Part shown: piece by piece, positions 23,030 to 35,123 of the stretch
Position numbering within the stretch: position 1 is the first letter of the stretch
How the letters are laid out: the number at the start of each line of letters is the position of its first letter
NCBI GenBank assembly: GCA_965644495.1
Contig: CBFFSA010000020.1
Location: forward strand, 147,001 to 211,000
DNA from: Perkinsela sp. CCAP 1560/9
Lineage: Eukaryota > Protista > Euglenozoa: Kinetoplastea
Length of the DNA stretch: 64,000 bases
Direction of reading: 5' to 3'
The notes under the pieces: generated by a model
Database searches by the model: none
The model's input: the letters and a program-made list of their open reading frames with translations, nothing else
What the model was told of the DNA's origin: nothing
Position numbers and translations under genes: made by a program

Positions 23030-25225
23030 AGGTACGTTGATATCTACAGTGGGGAATAGGCACGGAAAACGTCAGCATACAAAAAATACTTCAACGGTTG
23101 CAAAGATATAATACATTGTGTTAGATGGGCCTATTTGAACAATAAATAGCGTTATAATAGGCGCAATAATGCTTCACTTTGACCATAAAATAATAATATA
23201 GTGTTAGTTTGAATATTATCTTGTTATTTATAAAAAATAATTACATATTCGCTTATTCTGAAAATTGGTAATGTAAACGTTTGAACGGCGGCCATTCTCA
23301 TGTATTGGTCGCTTTGCTCTTGCATAACTTCCGCATGCCACCTTTTCTTCATCACGCTTTTCAGAGGAATAAATTATTGTTCGGAGAATATTTTTTTCGG
23401 AGAATGGTTTACTGTTACTATTTTGTCAGGGCGCGGAATAACATCTAAACTGATATTTATACGGATATTTTCTTGGATTTTTCCATGTTTTGTCTCATAC
23501 TTCTCAAGACCATTAGAGCTACACTTTTTCCCCATACTTAAATTTAGCTTGTATTATTGCAACGCGCGATATTTTGTGCTTACCCATACAGTAATAGTCA
23601 ACACAATAAGCTTAAAATATGATAATGACTAGTACAGTGATTATTTTCTGTATCTTTATTTTAAGAAATTTTATTTATCCGTGCATTTAAAAACAATTCA
23701 ATGCTGACACACGCGACCCCTTCCCTCACGGCCTTCATCTTAGCTTCAATCCACCCGAAAAGGGTAGATTGAACCGGTAACCATTCTGTCCAAAGTTCTG
23801 CAGGTGTCAATGAGTATCGACGACTACGATAACTGTTTCATTTATCAGCGCCTTGATGCGTTGAATGATGATGTCTACTGCATCTTGTGGGCTATACGCT
23901 TTTGCAACAGCACGTCCGACAGCGGTATTATCTGTTAAAATAAAAGCGACGGATGGATTGTGTGCCATCAACTGATTTTTCACAACCCTTTTTCGAAGGC
24001 TATAGCCTCGTCCATAGCAATCGGAAGTTCCTCCCCTTGCAAACTTTGATATTCAACACCTCTTTCATTTCTAAATACTCCTCTTCGTAAGGCAGTAATC
24101 TCATCACTCAGAGTGTAAGTAGCCCAACGGGTAGGTGTGGGATCGACTGTTATGCTCAAAATAGAATCTTTTTATGTGGTATAGATGCGATTTTGCATGG
24201 GACCACAAAGGCTTTAATGACAATATCAAATGTTTCATAGAATCGACAGGACTCTTGATTTCGTCCAATTCCGCGTCCCAGTTGACCATTTTGCCAAGAG
24301 AACTCTGAGCTTTCGATGCTCTCCCGAGTCCTATACGGTCCGCTGCCACTACTGATCCCGCGAAGCGGTAAAAACCTAGGAGGCTAAAGTACGTACGAGG
24401 AGTGTATTTCATTGTTGTCCGCACTATTTGATGCCATGGTGGTAAGGGAGTTCAGCACACGCATATCTAATATCGCCCGAGCCTTTGATTCAGTTTTCAG
24501 CACGGCCAAATACTTAGATAGAACAGGTATTGTGCCAGTGGGGTTGCTTTGAAGTCCTCAAGAGCGCCACACGACGTGAGGTACGCCAAGTGCCGAAACC
24601 AACGTTTTCCGAATGTATTAGTTGTGTTCCGATGTATTAGTTGTGATGGGCAGTGGTTCCTTATTCTGAAGAGGGTCCCTATTCAGAAGGCTAGTCGCGT
24701 GCACTGTATAAGGTGTATTGGCTATGGATGTGCCAAGCTCAAATCTGCCACCTCCTACGGTTTTTAACTCCGCAAGAGGTATATCGTTGTCCGCTATTCT
24801 CCCGCGAACGCCGGCCGTTTCTTTGCTAGAGAACGAAACATGATGCAAGACAATACCTGGACCCGAACTACGCGTACTATCTAATTGTGCAAAGTCTCTC
24901 TTTTTGATTATTGAGCTCTCACGACACGAATTTTATACCCCCCCGGAAATTGGTGACCCCCCTGTATAGTTACTATAAACTTTTTTTAAAAACTTTAAAA
25001 AGGTTCGGCGAAAGATTTTCGCCAAGTTGATATTTTAGTTAATTGTTTTTCCGGAAAAAAATCCGATCTTGGTGGACCCTTCCTGTAGATACCGGGGGGT
25101 TATTTGTTCACCTTTTCAGTAAGCGGTCGTAGTAAGTAGGTGCCTCCACAGTCATCCCAGTGTGAAACACAACCTGTAATTGTACTTATTTACACTACTT
25201 CAAGGTTAGGTAAACATTGATTATT

Positions 25226-25951
25226 ATGATGTTTTGCTCACTGCTTTCGGCTGATGTAACGGAACCGTTAAGAAAGGAAGCCCGAAAAGAAACGAACTCT
25301 TCTGACACGACGCTTTCCACAAGTAGTTCTAATGTGACTGGAAAATCTCGTCCATCCAAAGTCAGTGCCGTATCGTTACCCGTGGAGTACGATTTGATGA
25401 GACTCGTAGAAAACCCTCCACGCTCATGGTCCACCGATACTCCGGGATGTAGATGGGATGGGGTCAGATGTAACGACAAGGGCGACGTGATTTGGATGAA
25501 CTGGAGTGGCAGGATGGGCGAGGACAGTAGCAAGAAACTGCAAGGTCAGTTCAATGTAAAATATTTGCCGTACGAACTGAAACATTTACGCCTAACGGGA
25601 AATTCTCTGTCGGGTGAGTTTCCGTTCGATCAGTTGCCTCCGAAATTGGAAGACATTGACATATCGAGGAACCAGTTCACGGGTACTCCAGATTTTCGTC
25701 ATTTGCCACCCTTTCTAGTCTATCTTAATATGTCCGACAATAGATTTCATGGTCATATTGAATTTGATTTCGTGCACGAAAACTTGCGTCAAATGAGCTT
25801 AGCTTTTAATGCAGAACTTGAAGGCTTCCTAAAAATCAGAGACGAGATAAAGAATCTGTATTATACTGTAGCACGAACAAAGATTACAGTAAGCAATGGT
25901 GTGATGGTCCTAAATCGACCGATCGGGAGCGTTTGTGGAATATGTGGATGA
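25226..25951 (+). CDS. Leucine-rich repeat protein, array copy 3
   Basis: Same translation as copy 1. Confidence 0.88.
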   Translation: MMFCSLLSADVTEPLRKEARKETNSSDTTLSTSSSNVTGKSRPSKVSAVSLPVEYDLMRLVENPPRSWSTDTPGCRWDGVRCNDKGDVIWMNWSGRMGEDSSKKLQGQFNVKYLPYELKHLRLTGNSLSGEFPFDQLPPKLEDIDISRNQFTGTPDFRHLPPFLVYLNMSDNRFHGHIEFDFVHENLRQMSLAFNAELEGFLKIRDEIKNLYYTVARTKITVSNGVMVLNRPIGSVCGICG

Positions 25952-28147
25952 AGGTACGTTGATATCTACAGTGGGGAATAGGCACGGAAAACGTCAGCAT
26001 ACAAAAAATACTTCAACGGTTGCAAAGATATAATACATTGTGTTAGATGGGCCTATTTGAACAATAAATAGCGTTATAATAGGCGCAATAATGCTTCACT
26101 TTGACCATAAAATAATAATATAGTGTTAGTTTGAATATTATCTTGTTATTTATAAAAAATAATTACATATTCGCTTATTCTGAAAATTGGTAATGTAAAC
26201 GTTTGAACGGCGGCCATTCTCATGTATTGGTCGCTTTGCTCTTGCATAACTTCCGCATGCCACCTTTTCTTCATCACGCTTTTCAGAGGAATAAATTATT
26301 GTTCGGAGAATATTTTTTTCGGAGAATGGTTTACTGTTACTATTTTGTCAGGGCGCGGAATAACATCTAAACTGATATTTATACGGATATTTTCTTGGAT
26401 TTTTCCATGTTTTGTCTCATACTTCTCAAGACCATTAGAGCTACACTTTTTCCCCATACTTAAATTTAGCTTGTATTATTGCAACGCGCGATATTTTGTG
26501 CTTACCCATACAGTAATAGTCAACACAATAAGCTTAAAATATGATAATGACTAGTACAGTGATTATTTTCTGTATCTTTATTTTAAGAAATTTTATTTAT
26601 CCGTGCATTTAAAAACAATTCAATGCTGACACACGCGACCCCTTCCCTCACGGCCTTCATCTTAGCTTCAATCCACCCGAAAAGGGTAGATTGAACCGGT
26701 AACCATTCTGTCCAAAGTTCTGCAGGTGTCAATGAGTATCGACGACTACGATAACTGTTTCATTTATCAGCGCCTTGATGCGTTGAATGATGATGTCTAC
26801 TGCATCTTGTGGGCTATACGCTTTTGCAACAGCACGTCCGACAGCGGTATTATCTGTTAAAATAAAAGCGACGGATGGATTGTGTGCCATCAACTGATTT
26901 TTCACAACCCTTTTTCGAAGGCTATAGCCTCGTCCATAGCAATCGGAAGTTCCTCCCCTTGCAAACTTTGATATTCAACACCTCTTTCATTTCTAAATAC
27001 TCCTCTTCGTAAGGCAGTAATCTCATCACTCAGAGTGTAAGTAGCCCAACGGGTAGGTGTGGGATCGACTGTTATGCTCAAAATAGAATCTTTTTATGTG
27101 GTATAGATGCGATTTTGCATGGGACCACAAAGGCTTTAATGACAATATCAAATGTTTCATAGAATCGACAGGACTCTTGATTTCGTCCAATTCCGCGTCC
27201 CAGTTGACCATTTTGCCAAGAGAACTCTGAGCTTTCGATGCTCTCCCGAGTCCTATACGGTCCGCTGCCACTACTGATCCCGCGAAGCGGTAAAAACCTA
27301 GGAGGCTAAAGTACGTACGAGGAGTGTATTTCATTGTTGTCCGCACTATTTGATGCCATGGTGGTAAGGGAGTTCAGCACACGCATATCTAATATCGCCC
27401 GAGCCTTTGATTCAGTTTTCAGCACGGCCAAATACTTAGATAGAACAGGTATTGTGCCAGTGGGGTTGCTTTGAAGTCCTCAAGAGCGCCACACGACGTG
27501 AGGTACGCCAAGTGCCGAAACCAACGTTTTCCGAATGTATTAGTTGTGTTCCGATGTATTAGTTGTGATGGGCAGTGGTTCCTTATTCTGAAGAGGGTCC
27601 CTATTCAGAAGGCTAGTCGCGTGCACTGTATAAGGTGTATTGGCTATGGATGTGCCAAGCTCAAATCTGCCACCTCCTACGGTTTTTAACTCCGCAAGAG
27701 GTATATCGTTGTCCGCTATTCTCCCGCGAACGCCGGCCGTTTCTTTGCTAGAGAACGAAACATGGTGCAAGACAATACCTGGACCCGAACTACGCGTACT
27801 ATCTAATTGTGCAAAGTCTCTCTTTTTGATTATTGAGCTCTCACGACACGAATTTTATACCCCCCCGGAAATTGGTGACCCCCCTGTATAGTTACTATAA
27901 ACTTTTTTTAAAAACTTTAAAAAGGTTCGGCGAAAGATTTTCGCCAAGTTGATATTTTAGTTAATTGTTTTTCCGGAAAAAAATCCGATCTTGGTGGACC
28001 CTTCCTGTAGATACCGGGGGGTTATTTGTTCACCTTTTCAGTAAGCGGTCGTAGTAAGTAGGTGCCTCCACAGTCATCCCAGTGTGAAACACAACCTGTA
28101 ATTGTACTTATTTACACTACTTCAAGGTTAGGTAAACATTGATTATT

Positions 28148-28873
28148 ATGATGTTTTGCTCACTGCTTTCGGCTGATGTAACGGAACCGTTAAGAAAGGA
28201 AGCCCGAAAAGAAACGAACTCTTCTGACACGACGCTTTCCACAAGTAGTTCTAATGTGACTGGAAAATCTCGTCCATCCAAAGTCAGTGCCGTATCGTTA
28301 CCCGTGGAGTACGATTTGATGAGACTCGTAGAAAACCCTCCACGCTCATGGTCCACCGATACTCCGGGATGTAGATGGGATGGGGTCAGATGTAACGACA
28401 AGGGCGACGTGATTTGGATGAACTGGAGTGGCAGGATGGGCGAGGACAGTAGCAAGAAACTGCAAGGTCAGTTCAATGTAAAATATTTGCCGTACGAACT
28501 GAAACATTTACGCCTAACGGGAAATTCTCTGTCGGGTGAGTTTCCGTTCGATCAGTTGCCTCCGAAATTGGAAGACATTGACATATCGAGGAACCAGTTC
28601 ACGGGTACTCCAGATTTTCGTCATTTGCCACCCTTTCTAGTCTATCTTAATATGTCCGACAATAGATTTCATGGTCATATTGAATTTGATTTCGTGCACG
28701 AAAACTTGCGTCAAATGAGCTTAGCTTTTAATGCAGAACTTGAAGGCTTCCTAAAAATCAGAGACGAGATAAAGAATCTGTATTATACTGTAGCACGAAC
28801 AAAGATTACAGTAAGCAATGGTGTGATGGTCCTAAATCGACCGATCGGGAGCGTTTGTGGAATATGTGGATGA
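28148..28873 (+). CDS. Leucine-rich repeat protein, array copy 4
   Basis: Same translation as copy 1. Confidence 0.88.
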   Translation: MMFCSLLSADVTEPLRKEARKETNSSDTTLSTSSSNVTGKSRPSKVSAVSLPVEYDLMRLVENPPRSWSTDTPGCRWDGVRCNDKGDVIWMNWSGRMGEDSSKKLQGQFNVKYLPYELKHLRLTGNSLSGEFPFDQLPPKLEDIDISRNQFTGTPDFRHLPPFLVYLNMSDNRFHGHIEFDFVHENLRQMSLAFNAELEGFLKIRDEIKNLYYTVARTKITVSNGVMVLNRPIGSVCGICG

Positions 28874-31069
28874 AGGTACGTTGATATCTACAGTGGGGAA
28901 TAGGCACGGAAAACGTCAGCATACAAAAAATACTTCAACGGTTGCAAAGATATAATACATTGTGTTAGATGGGCCTATTTGAACAATAAATAGCGTTATA
29001 ATAGGCGCAATAATGCTTCACTTTGACCATAAAATAATAATATAGTGTTCGTTTGAATATTATCTTGTTATTTATAAAAAATAATTACATATTCGCTTAT
29101 TCTGAAAATTGGTAATGTAAACGTTTGAACGGCGGCCATTCTCATGTATTGGTCGCTTTGCTCTTGCATAACTTCCGCATGCCACCTTTTCTTCATCACG
29201 CTTTTCAGAGGAATAAATTATTGTTCGGAGAATATTTTTTTCGGAGAATGGTTTACTGTTACTATTTTGTCAGGGCGCGGAATAACATCTAAACTGATAT
29301 TTATACGGATATTTTCTTGGATTTTTCCATGTTTTGTCTCATACTTCTCAAGACCATTAGAGCTACACTTTTTCCCCATACTTAAATTTAGCTTGTATTA
29401 TTGCAACGCGCGATATTTTGTGCTTACCCATACAGTAATAGTCAACACAATAAGCTTAAAATATGATAATGACTAGTACAGTGATTATTTTCTGTATCTT
29501 TATTTTAAGAAATTTTATTTATCCGTGCATTTAAAAACAATTCAATGCTGACACACGCGACCCCTTCCCTCACGGCCTTCATCTTAGCTTCAATCCACCC
29601 GAAAAGGGTAGATTGAACCGGTAACCATTCTGTCCAAAGTTCTGCAGGTGTCAATGAGTATCGACGACTACGATAACTGTTTCATTTATCAGCGCCTTGA
29701 TGCGTTGAATGATGATGTCTACTGCATCTTGTGGGCTATACGCTTTTGCAACAGCACGTCCGACAGCGGTATTATCTGTTAAAATAAAAGCGACGGATGG
29801 ATTGTGTGCCATCAACTGATTTTTCACAACCCTTTTTCGAAGGCTATAGCCTCGTCCATAGCAATCGGAAGTTCCTCCCCTTGCAAACTTTGATATTCAA
29901 CACCTCTTTCATTTCTAAATACTCCTCTTCGTAAGGCAGTAATCTCATCACTCAGAGTGTAAGTAGCCCAACGGGTAGGTGTGGGATCGACTGTTATGCT
30001 CAAAATAGAATCTTTTTATGTGGTATAGATGCGATTTTGCATGGGACCACAAAGGCTTTAATGACAATATCAAATGTTTCATAGAATCGACAGGACTCTT
30101 GATTTCGTCCAATTCCGCGTCCCAGTTGACCATTTTGCCAAGAGAACTCTGAGCTTTCGATGCTCTCCCGAGTCCTATACGGTCCGCTGCCACTACTGAT
30201 CCCGCGAAGCGGTAAAAACCTAGGAGGCTAAAGTACGTACGAGGAGTGTATTTCATTGTTGTCCGCACTATTTGATGCCATGGTGGTAAGGGAGTTCAGC
30301 ACACGCATATCTAATATCGCCCGAGCCTTTGATTCAGTTTTCAGCACGGCCAAATACTTAGATAGAACAGGTATTGTGCCAGTGGGGTTGCTTTGAAGTC
30401 CTCAAGAGCGCCACACGACGTGAGGTACGCCAAGTGCCGAAACCAACGTTTTCCGAATGTATTAGTTGTGTTCCGATGTATTAGTTGTGATGGGCAGTGG
30501 TTCCTTATTCTGAAGAGGGTCCCTATTCAGAAGGCTAGTCGCGTGCACTGTATAAGGTGTATTGGCTATGGATGTGCCAAGCTCAAATCTGCCACCTCCT
30601 ACGGTTTTTAACTCCGCAAGAGGTATATCGTTGTCCGCTATTCTCCCGCGAACGCCGGCCGTTTCTTTGCTAGAGAACGAAACATGGTGCAAGACAATAC
30701 CTGGACCCGAACTACGCGTACTATCTAATTGTGCAAAGTCTCTCTTTTTGATTATTGAGCTCTCACGACACGAATTTTATACCCCCCCGGAAATTGGTGA
30801 CCCCCCTGTATAGTTACTATAAACTTTTTTTAAAAACTTTAAAAAGGTTCGGCGAAAGATTTTCGCCAAGTTGATATTTTAGTTAATTGTTTTTCCGGAA
30901 AAAAATCCGATCTTGGTGGACCCTTCCTGTAGATACCGGGGGGTTATTTGTTCACCTTTTCAGTAAGCGGTCGTAGTAAGTAGGTGCCTCCACAGTCATC
31001 CCAGTGTGAAACACAACCTGTAATTGTACTTATTTACACTACTTCAAGGTTAGGTAAACATTGATTATT

Positions 31070-31801
31070 ATGATGTTTTGCTCACTGCTTTCGGCTGATG
31101 TAACGGAACCGTTAAGAAAGGAAGCCCGAAAAGAAACGAACTCTTCTGACACGACGCTTTCCACAAGTAGTTCTAATGTGACTGGAACATCTCGTCCATC
31201 CAAAGTCAGTGCCGTATCGTTACCCGTGGAGTACGATTTGATGAGACTCGTAGAAAACCCTCCACGCTCATGGTCCACCGATACTCCGGGATGTAGATGG
31301 GATGGGGTCAGATGTAACGACAAGGGCGACGTGATTTTGATGAACTGGAGTGGCAGGATGGGCGAGGACAGTAGCAAGAAACTGCAAGGTCGGCTCAATG
31401 TAAAATATTTGCCGTACGAACTGAAACATTTACACCTAACGGGAAATTCTCTGTCGGGTGAGTTTCCGTTCGATCAGTTGCCTCCGAAATTGGAAGACAT
31501 TGACATATCGAGGAACCAGTTCACGGGTACTCCAGATTTTCGTCATTTGCCACCCTTTCTAGTCTATCTTAATATGTCCGACAATAGATTTCATGGTCAT
31601 ATTGAATTTGATTTCGTGCACGAAAACTTGCGTCAAATGAGCTTAGCTTTTAATGCAGAACTTGAAGGCTTCCTAAAAATCAGAGACGAGATAAAGAATC
31701 TGTATTATACTGTAGCACGAACAAAGATTACAGTAAGCAATGGTGTGATGGTCCGAAATCGACCGAGCGGGAGCGTTTGTGGAATACATGGACCAAGGTA
31801 A
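31070..31801 (+). CDS. Leucine-rich repeat protein, divergent array copy 5
   Basis: Several substitutions (K>T, W>L, QF>RL, R>H, L>R, I>S) and a different C-terminus. Confidence 0.88.
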   Translation: MMFCSLLSADVTEPLRKEARKETNSSDTTLSTSSSNVTGTSRPSKVSAVSLPVEYDLMRLVENPPRSWSTDTPGCRWDGVRCNDKGDVILMNWSGRMGEDSSKKLQGRLNVKYLPYELKHLHLTGNSLSGEFPFDQLPPKLEDIDISRNQFTGTPDFRHLPPFLVYLNMSDNRFHGHIEFDFVHENLRQMSLAFNAELEGFLKIRDEIKNLYYTVARTKITVSNGVMVRNRPSGSVCGIHGPR

Positions 31802-32910
31802 GTTAATATCTGTAATGGGGAATAGGCACGGAAAACGTCAGCATACAAAAAATATTTCAACGGTTTCAAAGATATAATACATTGTGTTAGATGTCCCTAT
31901 TTGAATAATATAGCGTTATTTGAATAATATAGTGTTAGTTTGAATATTATAGTGTTATTTATAAATAGTGTTTACAGATTCGCATATTCTGAGGATTGGT
32001 AATGCAAACGTTTGATCGGGGCCATTCTCATGTATTGGTCGCTTTGCTCTTGCATAACTTCCGCATGCCACCTTTTCTTCATCACCCTTTTCATAGGAAT
32101 AAATTATTGTTCGGAGAATGTTTTTTCGGAGAATGTTTTACTGTTACTATTTTGTCAGGGCGCGGTATAACATCTAAACTGATATTTATACTGATATTTT
32201 CTGGGGGTTTTTCCATGTTTTGTCTCATACTTCTCAAGACCATTAGAGCTACACTTTTTCCCCATACTTAAATTTAGCTTGTATTATTGCAACGCGCGAT
32301 ATTTTGTGCTTACCCATACAGTAATAGTCAACACAATAAGCTTAAAATATGATAATGACTAGTACAGTGATTATTTTCTGTATCTTTATTTTAAGAAATT
32401 TTATTTATCCGTGCATTTAAAAACAATTCAATGCTGAAACACGCGACCCCTTCCCTCACGGCCTTCATCTTAGCTTCAATCCACCCGAAAAGGGTAGATT
32501 GAACCGGTAACCATTCTGTCCAAAGTTCTGCAGGTGTCAGTGCTTATCGAACATCCAAAGAAGTACGTGAAAGCCAAAACGTATGGTGGTGAAAGTGGAG
32601 TGAGTGTAGTGACCCAAAAAGTAGTGAGTGTAGTGAGGTCACTACAGACCACCTCCAGGGTATGAATAATCCCCCTCGTCACCTGTTTCTTGATCAGATT
32701 CATCTGGAGAAGGTTTCCGAGTCTGACGCATTTATCAGATAATGATTTCTTCTCTCTCTTACTTACTTTATTCTTTTATTCAATTTTCCACAAAATAGGC
32801 AAAATACATGGAACCTGTTTAAACGTTTATAAAGAGTCAGGTTAGAGAACTTGAAAAACGCAGAGGAAACGTCGCAGAGGAAAGCAAATTAACCAATTTC
32901 TCTTTGTTCC

Positions 32911-33776
32911 ATGATTCAGTTTTTGCAGTGTAGTGAACACCAAGAACCACTAAAGAAACGAATAAAGAAGGAAAGCGACCTGTCCACGGCTGCACCTACG
33001 GGAATCGCGTCCTCCACTAGAGGTACCCAGCCTGGGAAAGTAAAAGGCGCAACGTTCCCGCAAGAATACGACTTAATGCGACTTGTTGCTAATATCGTAT
33101 CATATCATGATCGTAATAATATGTGTAGAGAATGTATTTGAGGCACTAAATCCCGATCTTTTCCCCACAGGTGGATTCGCTTCACATTCTTGGAGTACAA
33201 ATACATCGGCATGTGAATGGATGGGCGTAAAGTGTGATGAAAATGGATTTGTTCGTGAAATTCAATGGTCGAATCTCGGTCTTACTGGTGGGTGGAAGTT
33301 CAAATTTTTGCTCTCAACGTTAATACAATTTTCCGTTGGACAAAACTTTCTGTCTGGTGACTTTTGTGTTGAATATTTGCCTCCCGCTTTGGAAAAGCTT
33401 GCTATTAACAACAACAAATTTACAGGAACCCTTGATTTACAGAAATTACCGGCTTCTATTATATATTTTGACGTTCGTTGCAACTCGCTAAAGGGTCATG
33501 TTTCTTTTCATTCCCTGCCGCCTCATCTGAAAACATTTTTTAACATTGCTCAATAATATTTCAGGGAAAGTTGATTTTTCTGCGCTTTCTACTTCATTGA
33601 AGAATTTTGGTGTTTGTGGATGCGATCTTGAAGGAACGTTTGATGCCAATTTGAAAGATTTTTATTACAGTGTAAGTCTTACAAATATTACCGTGATCAA
33701 CGACGGGCTTTCCCGCTCGGAACCAAAAGAAGAAGAAGAGATTCAGATAGTGGAGGTTAATATGGTACATGTGTAG
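32911..33776 (+). pseudogene. LRR family gene in three reading-frame pieces (possible intron 33113-33170; 1-nt indel near 33540)
   Basis: GKVKGATFPQEYDLMRLV, then SWSTNTSACEWMGVKC plus LRRs, then NNISGKVDF. Confidence 0.75.
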
Positions 33777-33843
33777 CAATTTTCATCCTCCCGTGGATGG
33801 GGACCCCATGTCGGGGGTTATTTATATTGGTTCGATAGAAATA

Positions 33844-34286
33844 AAGGGGGGGCTCGTCTATTGTTGGCAACTTTTTTTTTGCCAACAATAGCCGATTGCC
33901 AACAATAGATGATACAATACCCCCCTTAACCAACAATAGATGGAACGGCAATAACATCATCTATTGTTGGCAATCAAGGTAACTTGCACTACTTTTATCA
34001 CCTACACTACCGACAGCCCCCCTCACATACATACATAGTATGAATAGGGTCGAGGATACATACATCCTATGTATGTATCCTCGAAAAAGTGGAAAAAAGC
34101 GGTCTTAAGCGGATATTCCACCTAGGATGACAAGTCACCTAGTACCGATTTCGAGTTCATACATGGCTATGGTTCAAAACAAAATCAAAATTAATTAAAT
34201 GTCAACAATAGCCGATTGCCAACAATAGATGATTTTATTAGTTTGCCAACAATAGATGATTGCCAACAATAGACGCACCCCCCCTT
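33844..34286. mobile_element. MITE with TIRs and subterminal repeats
   Basis: AAGGGGGGGCTCGTCTATTGTTGGCAA / TTGCCAACAATAGACGCACCCCCCCTT flanked by TA; multiple GCCAACAATAG copies; central 15-bp-stem hairpin at 34050-34084. Confidence 0.8.
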
Positions 34287-35123
34287 TAGTTGAAAATAAA
34301 TAGAAGAGATTCTAATTGCATAGTTGGTTTAATATTAATTTTACATTGTATCACAGCAAGTACGTAACTTAAATTGTAAACACCAGTAATTGGATCTTAC
34401 TGAATGTTCGTCTTGTACAAGCGATCTCACCTTAGCCGTAAAAATATAGCCTACACATACAATTTAAATATTTTTATAACGAACGTTTACCAATTACAGT
34501 TCACTAACTGAAAACGTGTACAATTCGACGATAGAAAATATCAATTTAAGTTTTATTTATCTCCTACTTTCCCTATTCAGAGCCATGTAATGAACTTGAA
34601 AAGCCCCATGACCAAAAAATCCCCAGGAAGCCAGTGCTACGAAAGGCACCAGTTACTTCTACAAACACATTAGATATACTCTTACATGTTACGGGTTATA
34701 ACACAGTTTTATTTTGAAAGGACTTTACCTAATAATTTTACATATACGTTTTATATCCTTGAATCTCACATTATGGACGATGGGTCAGACCTCAGACGTG
34801 GAAAAGTACGCCGTGAATTATTACCACAGGAAAACGTACTTGAAGAATTTTTAAGAGGGGAAACACTTCGACATCCTACATGGATTACAGAAAAGAAACG
34901 ATTCTTTGGAGGCATCAAAAAGGTGTCTCCATGTACATGGAGAGGCATCACGTGCGACCCGGAAAATAATATCATCAGCATCATTGGGAGTTACGGCTCT
35001 CCGATCCTTGAAGGGAATTTAAGTTGGCGTGATCTCCCACCCACACTGGTCAGGTTGCAGTTACATCAGTACCCCAAACTTCGCGGCGTTATCGACTTGA
35101 CCAATTTTCCTCCATGTCTTAAT

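Larger units (their letters stand above)
17378..32538 (+). repeat. Tandem array of a 2922-bp unit (~5.2 copies), each carrying one LRR gene
   Basis: ORF coordinates recur every 2922 bp and the units are near-identical. A ~590-bp segment is present at both ends (17378-17966 and ~31950-32538). Confidence 0.97.
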
